A stretch of DNA of 63,980 bases, counting the filler, from Acidimicrobiia bacterium (lineage in GTDB: Bacteria; Actinomycetota; Acidimicrobiia; Spongiisociales; SHLN01), in assembly GCA_041619515.1 (NCBI GenBank). It is 3 parts of 3 records of this genome, joined end to end, with 100 filler letters (N's around TTAATTAATTAA, not from the genome) between each part and the next. Parts side by side here need not be neighbours in the genome. Positions count along the whole stretch, not along the records: positions 29,188 to 57,446 come from JBFKDW010000036.1; 2 more parts are not named here. The stretch is one strand, 5' to 3'. A program made the translations under genes and the position numbers. A model generated the notes under the pieces. That model ran no database searches. It had not been told where the DNA came from and saw nothing but the letters and a program-made list of their open reading frames with translations. This document shows positions 29,188 to 38,786 of the stretch, piece by piece (position 1 is the stretch's first letter; each line of letters opens with the position of its first letter).

Positions 29188-29460
29188 GCCGGGCTCACGA
29201 TGGACGACATCGATCTCTTCGAAGTCAACGAGGCCTTTGCCTCGGTGGTGGGGGCCTGGCGGCGCGAGCACGACGCCGACATGTCGAAGGTGAACGTCAA
29301 CGGAGGCGCGATGGCTCTCGGGCATCCGCTCGGCGCCTCGGGCGCCAAGCTGCTCACCACGCTCGTCCACGAGCTGGAACGTCGCGGGGGCCGGTACGGG
29401 CTGCAAACGATGTGCGAAGGTGGCGGCATGGCCAATGCCCTCATCATCGAAAGGGTGTAG
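29188..29460 (+). CDS. Acetyl-CoA C-acyltransferase (thiolase), C-terminal fragment
   Basis: [30 protein letters not shown]. Confidence 0.92.
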   Translation, partial: AGLTMDDIDLFEVNEAFASVVGAWRREHDADMSKVNVNGGAMALGHPLGASGAKLLTTLVHELERRGGRYGLQTMCEGGGMANALIIERV

Positions 29461-29489
29461 GACTCCTGGACCTGCTGATCGCAATCGCC

Positions 29490-29699
29490 ATGGGCGCTGT
29501 CATCCTCGGCGTAGGCGCCTGGATGGTGCGCCTGCTCGGCCGCCCCATCCCGCCCGAGCCGGATCCGGCCGACCTGGTGGAGGTCAGCGTCGACTATCGC
29601 TGCACGGTATGCGGCATGCGCCTGACCGTGACCCAGGTTCAAGGGGAGGAAGCCAAGCCGCCCCGGCACTGCCGGGAGGAGATGGATCTCGTCATCTGA
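29490..29699 (+). CDS. Small membrane-anchored metal-binding (CxxC...HC) protein; start uncertain
   Basis: TM helix then YRCTVCG...PPRHCREEM. Confidence 0.65.
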   Translation: MGAVILGVGAWMVRLLGRPIPPEPDPADLVEVSVDYRCTVCGMRLTVTQVQGEEAKPPRHCREEMDLVI

Positions 29700-29715
29700 G
29701 CAAGCGGCCGGTCGG

Positions 29716-30489
29716 CTACTGGGTGTTGTCGGCGGCAACGTCGCGCAGGTAGAGAAGCACGCTGGGGTGGCCTTCCACGACCAGCCCGTCGGCGCTGCCG
29801 CGGCCCCACAGGAACAGGTCGAGGAGGTCTCCGGGTCCCCGCACAACCGCCGTCGGCTCGCCGGCTCCCTCATCCAGCTCCAGGCCGGGCTCATTCTCGT
29901 AGGACCGGCCGCTGTTGGGCGAGGTGCCCGACCAGGAACCGAAGCGGACTCGCCACGTGCGGTCCTCACTCTCCAGCGCCACGACGACGTCCGAGCGAGC
30001 GACTTCGGCCCATTCCGGCCAGCCGGCCATGAACACCGTGATGATCTCATCGACGCCGTCGGCTGCCAGTGCCGGGTCGAGCGGGGTGTGGGAGCCGTGG
30101 CCCAGCTGAGCATCGACCCGGTGGATCATGGTCTCGTGCGCCATGCGTCGGATCCAGAACCCGACCGTCTGATCGGGTGCATGCCAGGTGTGCACCCGGG
30201 TTTCCGGGTCGGTCACCGACAACACCGTCGTGAGCTCGTGCACCCCCTCTTCGAACCACTTGAGGAGGTCGACGCCGGGCGGGGGCAACGGCCCTTCCGG
30301 GGGCGTGTCCACCAGCAGCTCGCGAACGATGTGAGTCTTCTGCCGATGCACCTGGCTGAGATGGGCCACGACATCACCGACCGTCCAGCCCGGCGTGGTG
30401 GGGACGGGGTTGTCCAGGCCTTTGCGCGCCGCCTCCAGGATGGCGTCCCCGTCGGTGCGAATCGCCCCCAGGTAGACGCCGGGATTCAT
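29716..30489 (-). CDS. Maleylpyruvate isomerase family (MDMPI/DinB superfamily) thiol-dependent enzyme
   Basis: [43 protein letters not shown]. Confidence 0.88.
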   Translation of the reverse strand: MNPGVYLGAIRTDGDAILEAARKGLDNPVPTTPGWTVGDVVAHLSQVHRQKTHIVRELLVDTPPEGPLPPPGVDLLKWFEEGVHELTTVLSVTDPETRVHTWHAPDQTVGFWIRRMAHETMIHRVDAQLGHGSHTPLDPALAADGVDEIITVFMAGWPEWAEVARSDVVVALESEDRTWRVRFGSWSGTSPNSGRSYENEPGLELDEGAGEPTAVVRGPGDLLDLFLWGRGSADGLVVEGHPSVLLYLRDVAADNTQ

Positions 30490-30492
30490 GAC

Positions 30493-30524
30493 TTATCCAC
30501 AGCCGTGGACAAGTCTGTGGGGAA
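30493..30524. promoter_or_regulatory. Cluster of three DnaA boxes
   Basis: TTATCCACA (30493-30501, perfect); minus-strand TTGTCCACG (30504-30512) and TTCCCCACA (30516-30524). Confidence 0.75.
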
Positions 30525-30552
30525 GTTACAGCAGTGTAATTTCACCTGCCGC

Positions 30553-30795
30553 TCACCTGTAGTTGAGGGTCATGCCGAAGCCGACGCCGATGGCGGCCAG
30601 CCCACCCACCAACCAGATGCCCTGGGTATCCCCGAACACACCGATGTAGTTCAAGATGATCATGAGGGCGCCGATAGCCATCGTGCCGAACATGATCCCG
30701 ACATACAGCGGCGAGGAGGGTGGTTTGACTTCCTTCTTCGGCGTTGCAGTATGGTGCGGCGCACGCTGCTCACGGCGTCCCTTGGGTCGTGCCAT
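30553..30795 (-). CDS. crgA: Cell division protein CrgA
   Basis: Basic N-terminus, PPSSPLYV..MF, two TM helices ending GFGMTLNYR; canonical position. Confidence 0.85.
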   Translation of the reverse strand: MARPKGRREQRAPHHTATPKKEVKPPSSPLYVGIMFGTMAIGALMIILNYIGVFGDTQGIWLVGGLAAIGVGFGMTLNYR

Positions 30796-30833
30796 GGCCG
30801 CCACACTACCGCTTTTCCGACAACGGAGCCCCA

Positions 30834-31580
30834 GTGACCCCCAGAACCATTCGAGTGATCCGCACGACCGGCTGGACCTTCATCTGGCTGGGGATCTATC
30901 TGATGGGCTTCGTCGCCTACCAGCTGTGGTTCACCAACCTGCTCACCGCCCGGGAACAATCCGCCCTGGCGGCGGGCCTCGACGAGCATTTCCAGGAAGT
31001 CGTCGTCGATGAGGTCGAATATGTTCCGCCAGTGGTGCCGGGCGCGACCACCACCACCACCGTCCCCGATCCCGGGCAGGAGCCGGAACCTCCCAAGATC
31101 CTCCTGCAAGAGGCGGCCAGCGAAGTGGGGGAGGCATTCGGCACCATCCGCATCCCGGCCGTGGACCTCGATGTCACGATGGTGGAAGGCGTCCGGCGCC
31201 GCGACCTCAAGTCGGGGCCGGGCCACCTGACCGGCTCTCCCCTTCCGGGACAGCCCGGCAACGCGGTGGTGTCGGGGCACCGCACCACCTACGGGGCGCC
31301 CTTCGGCAATCTCGGGGACCTGGTGGCCGGTGACCGCATCGAGGTGGAGACCGCCATTGGAGTCCATGTCTACGAGGTGCGGGAAGCACCCGAGCGGTGC
31401 CGCACGGACGACGGATTGTGCGTGGTCGCCCCCACCGACCTGTGGGTGACTGAGCCGCGGGAAGGTGCCTGGCTGACCCTCACGACCTGTCATCCGAAGT
31501 TCTCGGCTCGCCGCCGCTTGATCGTGTTCGCCGAGCTCGTAGCAGGGCCCAACGCCGAAGTTATTCTGGGGAGCCGATGA
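30834..31580 (+). CDS. Class E sortase
   Basis: N-terminal TM, LKSGPGH, SGHRTTYGAPF, LTLTTCHPKFSARRRL. Confidence 0.9.
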   Translation: MTPRTIRVIRTTGWTFIWLGIYLMGFVAYQLWFTNLLTAREQSALAAGLDEHFQEVVVDEVEYVPPVVPGATTTTTVPDPGQEPEPPKILLQEAASEVGEAFGTIRIPAVDLDVTMVEGVRRRDLKSGPGHLTGSPLPGQPGNAVVSGHRTTYGAPFGNLGDLVAGDRIEVETAIGVHVYEVREAPERCRTDDGLCVVAPTDLWVTEPREGAWLTLTTCHPKFSARRRLIVFAELVAGPNAEVILGSR

Positions 31581-31729
31581 TGAGGAGCATCTACTATCGG
31601 CTGCCCGGCCCGCCGGCGGCCCGGCTCGCCACCCTGGCGGTGGCGGTTCTGCTGATCCTCGTGCTGGTCATCTGGAGCTATGAGGTGCTGGGCGATCTCC
31701 TCGACTCGGGAGGGGCGGTGGGCGAGTGA
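31577..31729 (+). CDS. Small conserved actinobacterial membrane protein (50 aa), absent from the ORF track
   Basis: MMRSIYYRLPGPPAARLATLAVAVLLILVLVIWSYEVLGDLLDSGGAVGE; ATGA and GTGA overlaps with both neighbours. Confidence 0.75.
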   Translation: MMRSIYYRLPGPPAARLATLAVAVLLILVLVIWSYEVLGDLLDSGGAVGE

Positions 31730-32283
31730 AGGTCCTCGTCGTCGACAACTACGACTCGTTCACATTCAACCTCGTGCAGTACCTGGGTGAGCTGGGCGCC
31801 GACCCGGTGGTGGTGCGCAACGACGAGAAGACGGCGGCCGAGGCGGCCGCTCTCGGGCCCGACCGCATCGTCATCGGCCCCGGCCCCGGCACACCGGCCG
31901 ACACCGGTTACTCGTTGGACTACCTGCGGGAACTGAGCCCTCACATCCCCACTCTCGGCGTTTGTCTTGGCCATCAGGCGATCGTCGAGGTGTACGGGGG
32001 CGTCGTCGACTCGGCTCCCGAGCCTCGCCACGGTAAGACGTCGGAAATCACCCATGATGGCCGGGGGGTGTTCACCGGCCTCGCCAACCCGCTGGTGGCC
32101 ACCAGGTATCACTCCCTAGCCGCCATCGAGGTGGGAGAGGCGTTGACCGTGACCGCCCGCAGCGAGGACGGCGTCGTGCAGGCGGTGCGACACGTGGTAC
32201 TTCCCATCGAAGGGGTACAGTTCCACCCCGAGAGCATCATGACGACCGAGGGTATGGCGCTGCTCAAGAACTTTCTCGGGTAG
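31726..32283 (+). CDS. pabA: Aminodeoxychorismate/anthranilate synthase component II (glutamine amidotransferase)
   Basis: DNYDSFTFNL, GPGPG, GVCLGHQ, RYHSL, GVQFHPES. Confidence 0.92.
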   Translation: MKVLVVDNYDSFTFNLVQYLGELGADPVVVRNDEKTAAEAAALGPDRIVIGPGPGTPADTGYSLDYLRELSPHIPTLGVCLGHQAIVEVYGGVVDSAPEPRHGKTSEITHDGRGVFTGLANPLVATRYHSLAAIEVGEALTVTARSEDGVVQAVRHVVLPIEGVQFHPESIMTTEGMALLKNFLG

Positions 32284-32344
32284 GAAGCAGACCTCACGTG
32301 TCGCCACGTATAGTGGTGGCTGGCTCCGGGAAGATAGGGGTGAC

Positions 32345-33211
32345 ATGCGGGACTTCGACCGACATTACGGGCATGCCGATGCCGTCAATCGGCTGGCGCA
32401 AGCGGGCGTCCTCGTCCTGTTCGTGGTTGGTTCTATCGCCCTCCTCCTGTTCGGCTTCGGCGGTGAGGCAGAGCCCAATGAGCCCGGGGTGGAGGTGCTG
32501 GGCAGCCAGCTGATCGCCGGCCGGTCCGTCTCGACCTTTGGCCAGGTGGTGGATGACGGCGAGCCCGGCCCGGTTGCGGCACCGACGACCACCGCACCCG
32601 CCACCAGCTCCACGACCGATCCACCGTCCACCACGACGACATCGGTGGCGCCGACGACGTCCATCGCGACCGCAACCACCGTGCGACCCGCCACCACGAC
32701 GACGGCTGCCCCGCGCCCGACCACGTCGACGACCACCTCCACCGTCCCACCCCCCACGACCACCACGGTCCCGGCCACCACGACCACCACCACGGTCCCG
32801 GCCACCACGACCACCACCACGGTCCCGGCCACAACGACCACCACCACGGTCCCGGCCACCACGACGACCACCACGACGGTGCCGGATCCCGACCGCTGGT
32901 ACGCCCGGCTGGAGGCGGTGCCGTCCTGCCTGGTTGACGAACCATTCATCTCCTGGGCGGTGTTCGACCCACCAGACAACTGGTCGAACGGCTGGCAGCT
33001 CGTGATCGACTCAGACAGCCGCGGCCTGTTCCCACCCGGAACCGTGGTCACCGCCAACGGCGGTCCGGCCGTTGCGGTCGAGCCGGTCGAGCCGGGAACG
33101 CATACCCTGGTGGTCGAGCGCCACTGGGAGACCCTGCCGTCGGGCAACAACCCCCGCAACTTTGGGACCAACTCAGTGACCGTGACCGTCGGCGAGGACC
33201 TGTGCGACTGA
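32345..33211 (+). CDS. Membrane-anchored Thr-rich surface protein
   Basis: N-terminal TM, long Thr/Pro linker with VPATTTTTT repeats, beta-rich C-terminal domain with two Cys. Confidence 0.7.
   Translation: MRDFDRHYGHADAVNRLAQAGVLVLFVVGSIALLLFGFGGEAEPNEPGVEVLGSQLIAGRSVSTFGQVVDDGEPGPVAAPTTTAPATSSTTDPPSTTTTSVAPTTSIATATTVRPATTTTAAPRPTTSTTTSTVPPPTTTTVPATTTTTTVPATTTTTTVPATTTTTTVPATTTTTTTVPDPDRWYARLEAVPSCLVDEPFISWAVFDPPDNWSNGWQLVIDSDSRGLFPPGTVVTANGGPAVAVEPVEPGTHTLVVERHWETLPSGNNPRNFGTNSVTVTVGEDLCD
32767..32877 (+). repeat. 27-bp coding tandem repeat (about 4 copies)
   Basis: GGTCCCGGCCACCACGACCACCACCAC units starting at 32767, 32794, 32821 and 32848. Confidence 0.9.
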
Positions 33212-33217
33212 GACGGG

Positions 33218-34039
33218 TCAGTCGGCAACCATCCAGCCACCGCCGGTGCTCGTGATCATGCCGTCGGCCTCCAGTGCGGTGAGCGCCGCCACCAGGCGGG
33301 GGCGCTCCACGCCGAGCACCTCGGATAGCGCGTTGTCGGCGGTGGATCCGTGCTCGACGAGCCAGCGCAAGACCGCTCCCCGAGCCTGCCGAACCGATCC
33401 GGCAAAGCGAGCTTGACGGGCCGGGGGCGAATACACGCTCGGGTCGGCGCACCAGCCGGCCACCGGGCAGCCGTCGCAATCGGGTGTGGCCGGCGTGCAG
33501 AGGCGGGCTCCCAAATCCATGATCGCCTGGTTCCAGTCCTGGGGATGGGCTCGATCAAGCGCCGCGTCTGCGTGGGCGGCCAGCTCACGACCGGCGAGCT
33601 CACGTCCCGCCCAGCGGCTCAGGACTCGCTTGGCGTTCGTGTCGACCGCAGCGATCGGCTCGCCGAATGCGAAGCAGGCGACCGCCGCCGAGGTGTAGGG
33701 GCCGAGGCCCGGAAGGTCGCGCAGCGCTCCGGCGTTGCCCGGCCACCCGTTCCGGTCGATGGACTTGGCCGCCTCGTGGAGATAGCGCGCCCGCCGGTTG
33801 TAGCCGAGACCCGACCACGCTGTGAGGACCGCCGACAACGGGGCGTGCGCCAGCGCACTCACGGTCGGGAACTGCTCGAGGAACCGCTCGTAGTGGGGCA
33901 CCACCCGGGAGACCTGCGTCTGCTGAGCCATGACCTCACTCACCAGCACGGCGTAGGGGTCGGTCGTGCCCCGCCACGGGAGCGACCGCTGAGTGCGGTG
34001 GTACCAGGCGAGCAATGCCTCCCGCCGGGCCCGGCTCAC
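33218..34039 (-). CDS. mutY: A/G-specific adenine glycosylase (short form)
   Basis: RSLPWR, VSEVMAQQT, WSGLGY, LPGLGPYT HhH, VDTN, C-X6-C-X2-C-X5-C cluster. Confidence 0.92.
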   Translation of the reverse strand: MSRARREALLAWYHRTQRSLPWRGTTDPYAVLVSEVMAQQTQVSRVVPHYERFLEQFPTVSALAHAPLSAVLTAWSGLGYNRRARYLHEAAKSIDRNGWPGNAGALRDLPGLGPYTSAAVACFAFGEPIAAVDTNAKRVLSRWAGRELAGRELAAHADAALDRAHPQDWNQAIMDLGARLCTPATPDCDGCPVAGWCADPSVYSPPARQARFAGSVRQARGAVLRWLVEHGSTADNALSEVLGVERPRLVAALTALEADGMITSTGGGWMVAD

Positions 34040-35937
34040 GGCGTTGTGGTGGTGGTGGGAATGGTCGTCGTGGTCTCGGGGGGCGGCACTTCGCCCAGCT
34101 GAACCGTGATGGTGGTGCCCGGCTCGACCAGCACGTCGGCGGGGGTCTGCTGCGCCATTACGATGCCCTCCTGACCGGACTCGGCCGTCACCTCGATCGG
34201 CTCACCCAAGGCCATCGTCAGACCGAGGGCGGAAAGGGCGTTGCGCGCCTCGGCTTCGGTGTTGCCGACCAGGCTGGGAACGGCGACGGGCTCGACGCCC
34301 AGGCTGACGATCAGCTTGACGACGTCGTTCTTGGCGATGATGGACAGGGCAGGGGGATCGGTGCGGATGACCTCGCCGTCCGGAATGCTGGGATGGAATT
34401 CGCGTTCCACCACGGTCTGCACTCCCAGGTTGGACAGGGCTGAAAGCGCGTCGAGCGCTGTGAACCCGGTGTATTCGGGCAGGACCACCTGTTCGGGGCC
34501 GGCGGAAACCACCAGGGTGACCTCGGTACCCGGCGGATGGTTGGTTCCGGCCGGGGGATCCTGGCTGATCACCTGGTTGGCCAGGACCTCGTCGTCGGTG
34601 ACCTGTTCGATGCGCACCACGAAGTCGGCGTCGGCCAGCGCCTGTTGAGCCGCCGACACGTCGCGCCCGACCACGTTCGGCACCGTGAATGTCTCTGCTC
34701 CGCTGGAGATGATGAGCCGCACCCGGTCGTTCGGGTCGACCAGCACGCCCGCCTGCGGCTCGGTCTCCGAAACCGTCCCCTCCTCGAAATCGTCGCTCGG
34801 CCGCCGGGTGAGAATGAACCGGAGGCCCTGGTCCTGCAGCTCGTCGATGGCCTGCGCTTCGGTGGCCCCCAGCAGGCTCGGCATCTCGACCAGCTCGCTG
34901 CCGGTGTCGCTTGCCTGGAGCGCATCGATCAGGTAGAGGCCGGCCACCAGAACGACCACCAGCAGCAGTATCGAGCCGATCACCACCGACCAGGGGGTGC
35001 GGCGCTCGGGGGGGAGTGCGGTCATCTGCCGGTAGGCCTCGTCTGGAGGAACCGTAGGCGGAGGGGTGGCCGCGACCAGGCGGGTGGCACCCTCGGGGTC
35101 GATCGCACCCACCGGCAGGCCGCTCAGAAAGCGCAGGAGGTCACCGCGCATTTCTTCGGCGGTCTGATAGCGATTGCCCGGGTTCTTCTGCAGCGCCCGC
35201 TTGACGATGGCATCGAGCTCGGGCGGAACGTCGGGATTGGAGGCCGAGGGGACGCCGGCAGTCTCGGAGACATGCTGGTAGGCGACCGAGACCGGTGTCT
35301 CTCCGGAAAACGGAGGCCGGCCCGTGAGCATCTCAAAGAGCACGACCCCGAGTGCATAGAGGTCGGATCGGCCATCGGCCGGCTCTCCCTGGGCCTGCTC
35401 GGGGCTGAAATAGGTGGCGGTGCCGATGACCGCTCCGGTGCGGGTCAGCTCCTCGGAGTCATCCCAGGCCCGGGCGATGCCGAAATCGGTCACTTTGACG
35501 CTGCCGGTATCGGTCAGCAAGATGTTGCCGGGTTTCACATCGCGGTGGGCGAGGCCGCCTCGAGCGGCCACCGACAGGGCGGCGGCTACCTCGCTGGCAA
35601 TCTCGGCGGCGCGACGCGGCAGCAGCGGGCCCTCGGAGCGGAGAACATCCCGCAGCGTCCTGCCCTCCACCAGTTCCATGACTATGTAGTAGTGGCCCTC
35701 GTCCTTGCCGGTGTCGTAGATGCTGACGATGTTGGGATGGGTCAGATTGGCGGCTGCCTGAGCTTCGCGTCGGAACCGCTGGATGAACGCCTCGTCTGTG
35801 GCGTAGTTGGCATGCAGCATCTTGACGGCCACCCTGCGCCCGAGGATCTCGTCGGTCGCCGCGTAGACGTCGGCCATCCCGCCACGGGCAAGGTGGGTCG
35901 TGAGTCGGTAGCGCTCGGCAAGGAGAGTGGTATTCAT
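34036..35937 (-). CDS. pknB: Stk1/PknB PASTA-domain Ser/Thr kinase
   Basis: GGMADV, VAVK, HRDVKPGN, DFGIA, YFSPEQ, TM helix, four PASTA repeats. Confidence 0.95.
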   Translation of the reverse strand: MNTTLLAERYRLTTHLARGGMADVYAATDEILGRRVAVKMLHANYATDEAFIQRFRREAQAAANLTHPNIVSIYDTGKDEGHYYIVMELVEGRTLRDVLRSEGPLLPRRAAEIASEVAAALSVAARGGLAHRDVKPGNILLTDTGSVKVTDFGIARAWDDSEELTRTGAVIGTATYFSPEQAQGEPADGRSDLYALGVVLFEMLTGRPPFSGETPVSVAYQHVSETAGVPSASNPDVPPELDAIVKRALQKNPGNRYQTAEEMRGDLLRFLSGLPVGAIDPEGATRLVAATPPPTVPPDEAYRQMTALPPERRTPWSVVIGSILLLVVVLVAGLYLIDALQASDTGSELVEMPSLLGATEAQAIDELQDQGLRFILTRRPSDDFEEGTVSETEPQAGVLVDPNDRVRLIISSGAETFTVPNVVGRDVSAAQQALADADFVVRIEQVTDDEVLANQVISQDPPAGTNHPPGTEVTLVVSAGPEQVVLPEYTGFTALDALSALSNLGVQTVVEREFHPSIPDGEVIRTDPPALSIIAKNDVVKLIVSLGVEPVAVPSLVGNTEAEARNALSALGLTMALGEPIEVTAESGQEGIVMAQQTPADVLVEPGTTITVQLGEVPPPETTTTIPTTTTTP

Positions 35938-36019
35938 GTCAGGCACGAGTGACGCCGGCGTAGCGGCGGCTGGTTCCCGGATTGTAGGGAGAAAACGAGA
36001 ATTGAGGAGCCGCTTGCTC

Positions 36020-37471
36020 TCACGCCCCGGCCAGCCACGCCTGCATGACGGCGCGGGCCATCGGGGCGGCAACCGAGCCGCCGGTGGCCCCCTCGCCCGC
36101 CGCGCCCCCGTTTTCCACGACGACGGCCACGGCAATCGACCGTTCCTCAGAGGCGGCGAATCCGACGAACCACGCATGGGGTGCCCGGCCCGGGACTTGC
36201 GCCGTCCCCGTCTTCCCGCCCACCACCACTCCGGGGATCTGAGCAGCCCGCCCGGTCCCGTTCGCCACGGCGTCTTCCATCAGATCCGCCAACACTGCGG
36301 CAGTGCCCGGGCTGACCGCACGCCGCAGCTCCACCGGCCCGGCCTGGGAGAGGATGTTGAGGTCCCGGTCGAACCACTCAGAAACCAGGTACGGGCGCAT
36401 CAGCACCCCGTCGTTGGCGATCGACGCGGCCACCATCGCCATCTGCAGGGGAGTCGCCTGCACGTCGCGCTGGCCGATGGCGCTCTGGGCGGTAGCCGGA
36501 GGGTCCCCGATGAGCGAGGCAGCCGGGAACACCGAGCTCGCGACCGGCAGGTCGAACGGGATCTCCGCGTTGAACCCGAAGGCGTCTGCAGTGGCGCCGA
36601 TCGCCTCGGGCCCAACGTCCATGCCGATCTGCCCGAAGACGGTGTTACACGACCGGCGGAAAGCGGTGGCGAGGGCCACCTCCACCCCGTCGGCACAGGG
36701 TCCCCGGTCGGCGTTGCGAATGACCGAAGTCGACCCGGGCAGCGCCAGTTCGAGCGGGTCCGGGTAGAGCGTGTCCGGGTTGGCGGCCCCGGTCTCCAGC
36801 GCGGCGGCGGCCGTCACCACCTTGAACGCCGAGCCGGGGGCGAGGATCTGGTCGATGGCTCGATTCAGCAGCGGGAGGGAAGGATCTTCAGTCAGGGCAT
36901 CCCCGCCCGCCGGCGACTCGCCGAGCAATTCCGCCGGATCGAAGGAGGGCGAGGAGTAGAGGCCGAGCACCTCACCGGTCGAGGGCTCGATGGCGACGAC
37001 GGCCCCCGTTTGGCCGTCGAGAGCCTCCCGGGCGGCTTGCTGCACGGAATGGGACAAGGTCAGGCGAATGCCCTGGGCTCCTTGCTCCCGGCCCAGCAGC
37101 GCATCGATGATCCCCGAAATGGTGAGGTCTCGGTCGCTGCTGAGATCACGGGCGTATTCGCTCTCGAGGGCGGCGTTGCCGAAGAGCAGCGAGGTGTAGC
37201 CGACCGCATGGGCATAGAGCGGCCCCTCCGGATAGGAGCGGCTGAAGGTTTGCGGTGCGTCTGGATCGGCGGTCGATTCGGCCACTACGACACCCTCCCG
37301 GGTCACGATCGGGCCGCGCTCGGTGGAGCTGCGAGAGGCCGCCAGGCGAGGGTTGCGCAGGTCATCCCGGTAGCGGGGCCCGGCGATCACCTGCACGTAG
37401 GTCAGGTCGATGACGATCAGCCCCAGCATTGCCAGGAGCACGAACGCCAGCCTCCGGATCGGCCCGTTCAT
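36020..37471 (-). CDS. pbpA: Class B penicillin-binding protein PbpA
   Basis: PGSAFK (SxxK), SCN (SxN), GKTGTA. Confidence 0.92.
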   Translation of the reverse strand: MNGPIRRLAFVLLAMLGLIVIDLTYVQVIAGPRYRDDLRNPRLAASRSSTERGPIVTREGVVVAESTADPDAPQTFSRSYPEGPLYAHAVGYTSLLFGNAALESEYARDLSSDRDLTISGIIDALLGREQGAQGIRLTLSHSVQQAAREALDGQTGAVVAIEPSTGEVLGLYSSPSFDPAELLGESPAGGDALTEDPSLPLLNRAIDQILAPGSAFKVVTAAAALETGAANPDTLYPDPLELALPGSTSVIRNADRGPCADGVEVALATAFRRSCNTVFGQIGMDVGPEAIGATADAFGFNAEIPFDLPVASSVFPAASLIGDPPATAQSAIGQRDVQATPLQMAMVAASIANDGVLMRPYLVSEWFDRDLNILSQAGPVELRRAVSPGTAAVLADLMEDAVANGTGRAAQIPGVVVGGKTGTAQVPGRAPHAWFVGFAASEERSIAVAVVVENGGAAGEGATGGSVAAPMARAVMQAWLAGA

Positions 37472-37493
37472 GCGCCCACCTTCAGCGCGCCTC

Positions 37494-38786
37494 TCATGTG
37501 GCCACCTCATGGGAGATTCGCGCCAGCACCACTATCGCGATGACATTGGCGACGAGGGACGATCCCCCATAGGACATGAAGGGCAGGGCAATTCCGGTGA
37601 GTGGAAGCAGCCGGACGACCCCGCCGATGATGAGAATCGCCTGGATGGCCATGACCGCGGTCAAGCCGGTGGCCAGGAGCTTGCGATAGGGGTCGCGGGC
37701 CCGAAGGGCAATGCCAAAGCCCACTGCCAGGAGCAGGGCGTAGGCAGCCACCACGGCGAGTGACCCGGCCAGCCCGGTCTCCTCGGCGACCGCGGCAAAC
37801 ACGAAATCGGTGGTGGCACTGGGAATGAAGTCGGGCCGGCCGAGCCCCAGACCCGAGCCCGTGAGGCTGCCGCTGCCCATCGCGAAGAGGCTCTGGCCGA
37901 TCTGATAGCCGGTGTCGGCCAGGTCATCCCAGGGCCGGAGCCAGGCGTCGAAGCGGCGCTGTACATGGTCGAATGTCCGTGCCGCGATCACCGCCCCGGC
38001 CAGGAACAAGCCACCTCCCACCACGGGGTAGGCGGCGCGGCCGGTGGCGGCGTAGAGCATGGCGGCGAACACCGCCAGCAGCAGCAGAGACGCTCCCAGA
38101 TCGCGCTGATAGACGAGAACCACCAGGCTCACCGCCCAGGCGGCGGCCAGCGGGAACAATTGGCGGGGCTCGGGGATGGTGAGCGGGCCGACACGGCGGG
38201 TCATGGCGGTGAGGGCAGTGTGGCGGGAGGCCAGATAGGAGGCGAGGAATGCCACCAGCAGCAGCTTGGCCAGCTCCCCTGGCTGGAAACGGACGAGGGT
38301 GGTGTCGAACAGGCGCAGCTGGAGCCACAGCCGGGAGCCATTCACCTCCACCCCTCCCAGCGGCCACTGGGTCGGCAGCAGCGGCAGCAGGAACGCCAGC
38401 ACTGCGGCAGACAGGAACAGATAGCGGTAGCGCAGCAGCATGTCGGTGCCGGACCGTCCGATCACCGCCAGAGTTGCGAGACCGAGACAGGCGGCGATCA
38501 GGAGCCACCATCGCTGCAGGCTGGCGGCGCGAGGGTCGAGCCGGAAGATCTCGACCAGGCCCACCGCCGTTATCAGAGCCGACAGGGGGAGCAGATACGG
38601 TGAGGCGTTGGGGGCCCATTGCCGGAAGCCCAGGTGGAGGGCACCGAAGGCCAGCGCCACCACCAGGAACGTGAGAGCAGTTTGGGCGTCGGGGCTGTTC
38701 CCACCCGCCGCCCGGACGATCGACACACCGAGGGCCGCCAGCACGGCGGCGCCGCCCAGCAACGCCGCCTCGGCGTTGCGGCTCAC
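37494..38786 (-). CDS. rodA: SEDS family peptidoglycan polymerase RodA
   Basis: NGSRLW, QPGELAK, QRDLG, GYQ, TTDFVF, TGIALPFMSYGGSS. Confidence 0.92.
   Translation of the reverse strand: MSRNAEAALLGGAAVLAALGVSIVRAAGGNSPDAQTALTFLVVALAFGALHLGFRQWAPNASPYLLPLSALITAVGLVEIFRLDPRAASLQRWWLLIAACLGLATLAVIGRSGTDMLLRYRYLFLSAAVLAFLLPLLPTQWPLGGVEVNGSRLWLQLRLFDTTLVRFQPGELAKLLLVAFLASYLASRHTALTAMTRRVGPLTIPEPRQLFPLAAAWAVSLVVLVYQRDLGASLLLLAVFAAMLYAATGRAAYPVVGGGLFLAGAVIAARTFDHVQRRFDAWLRPWDDLADTGYQIGQSLFAMGSGSLTGSGLGLGRPDFIPSATTDFVFAAVAEETGLAGSLAVVAAYALLLAVGFGIALRARDPYRKLLATGLTAVMAIQAILIIGGVVRLLPLTGIALPFMSYGGSSLVANVIAIVVLARISHEVAT

Noticed and set aside
30493..30552. oriC
   Set aside because: The intergenic region is only about 60 bp with three boxes, no clear unwinding element and no adjacent dnaA/dnaN.
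32767..32877. 27-bp direct repeats as CRISPR or a mobile element
   Set aside because: Head-to-tail with no spacers and in frame, encoding a VPATTTTTT linker.
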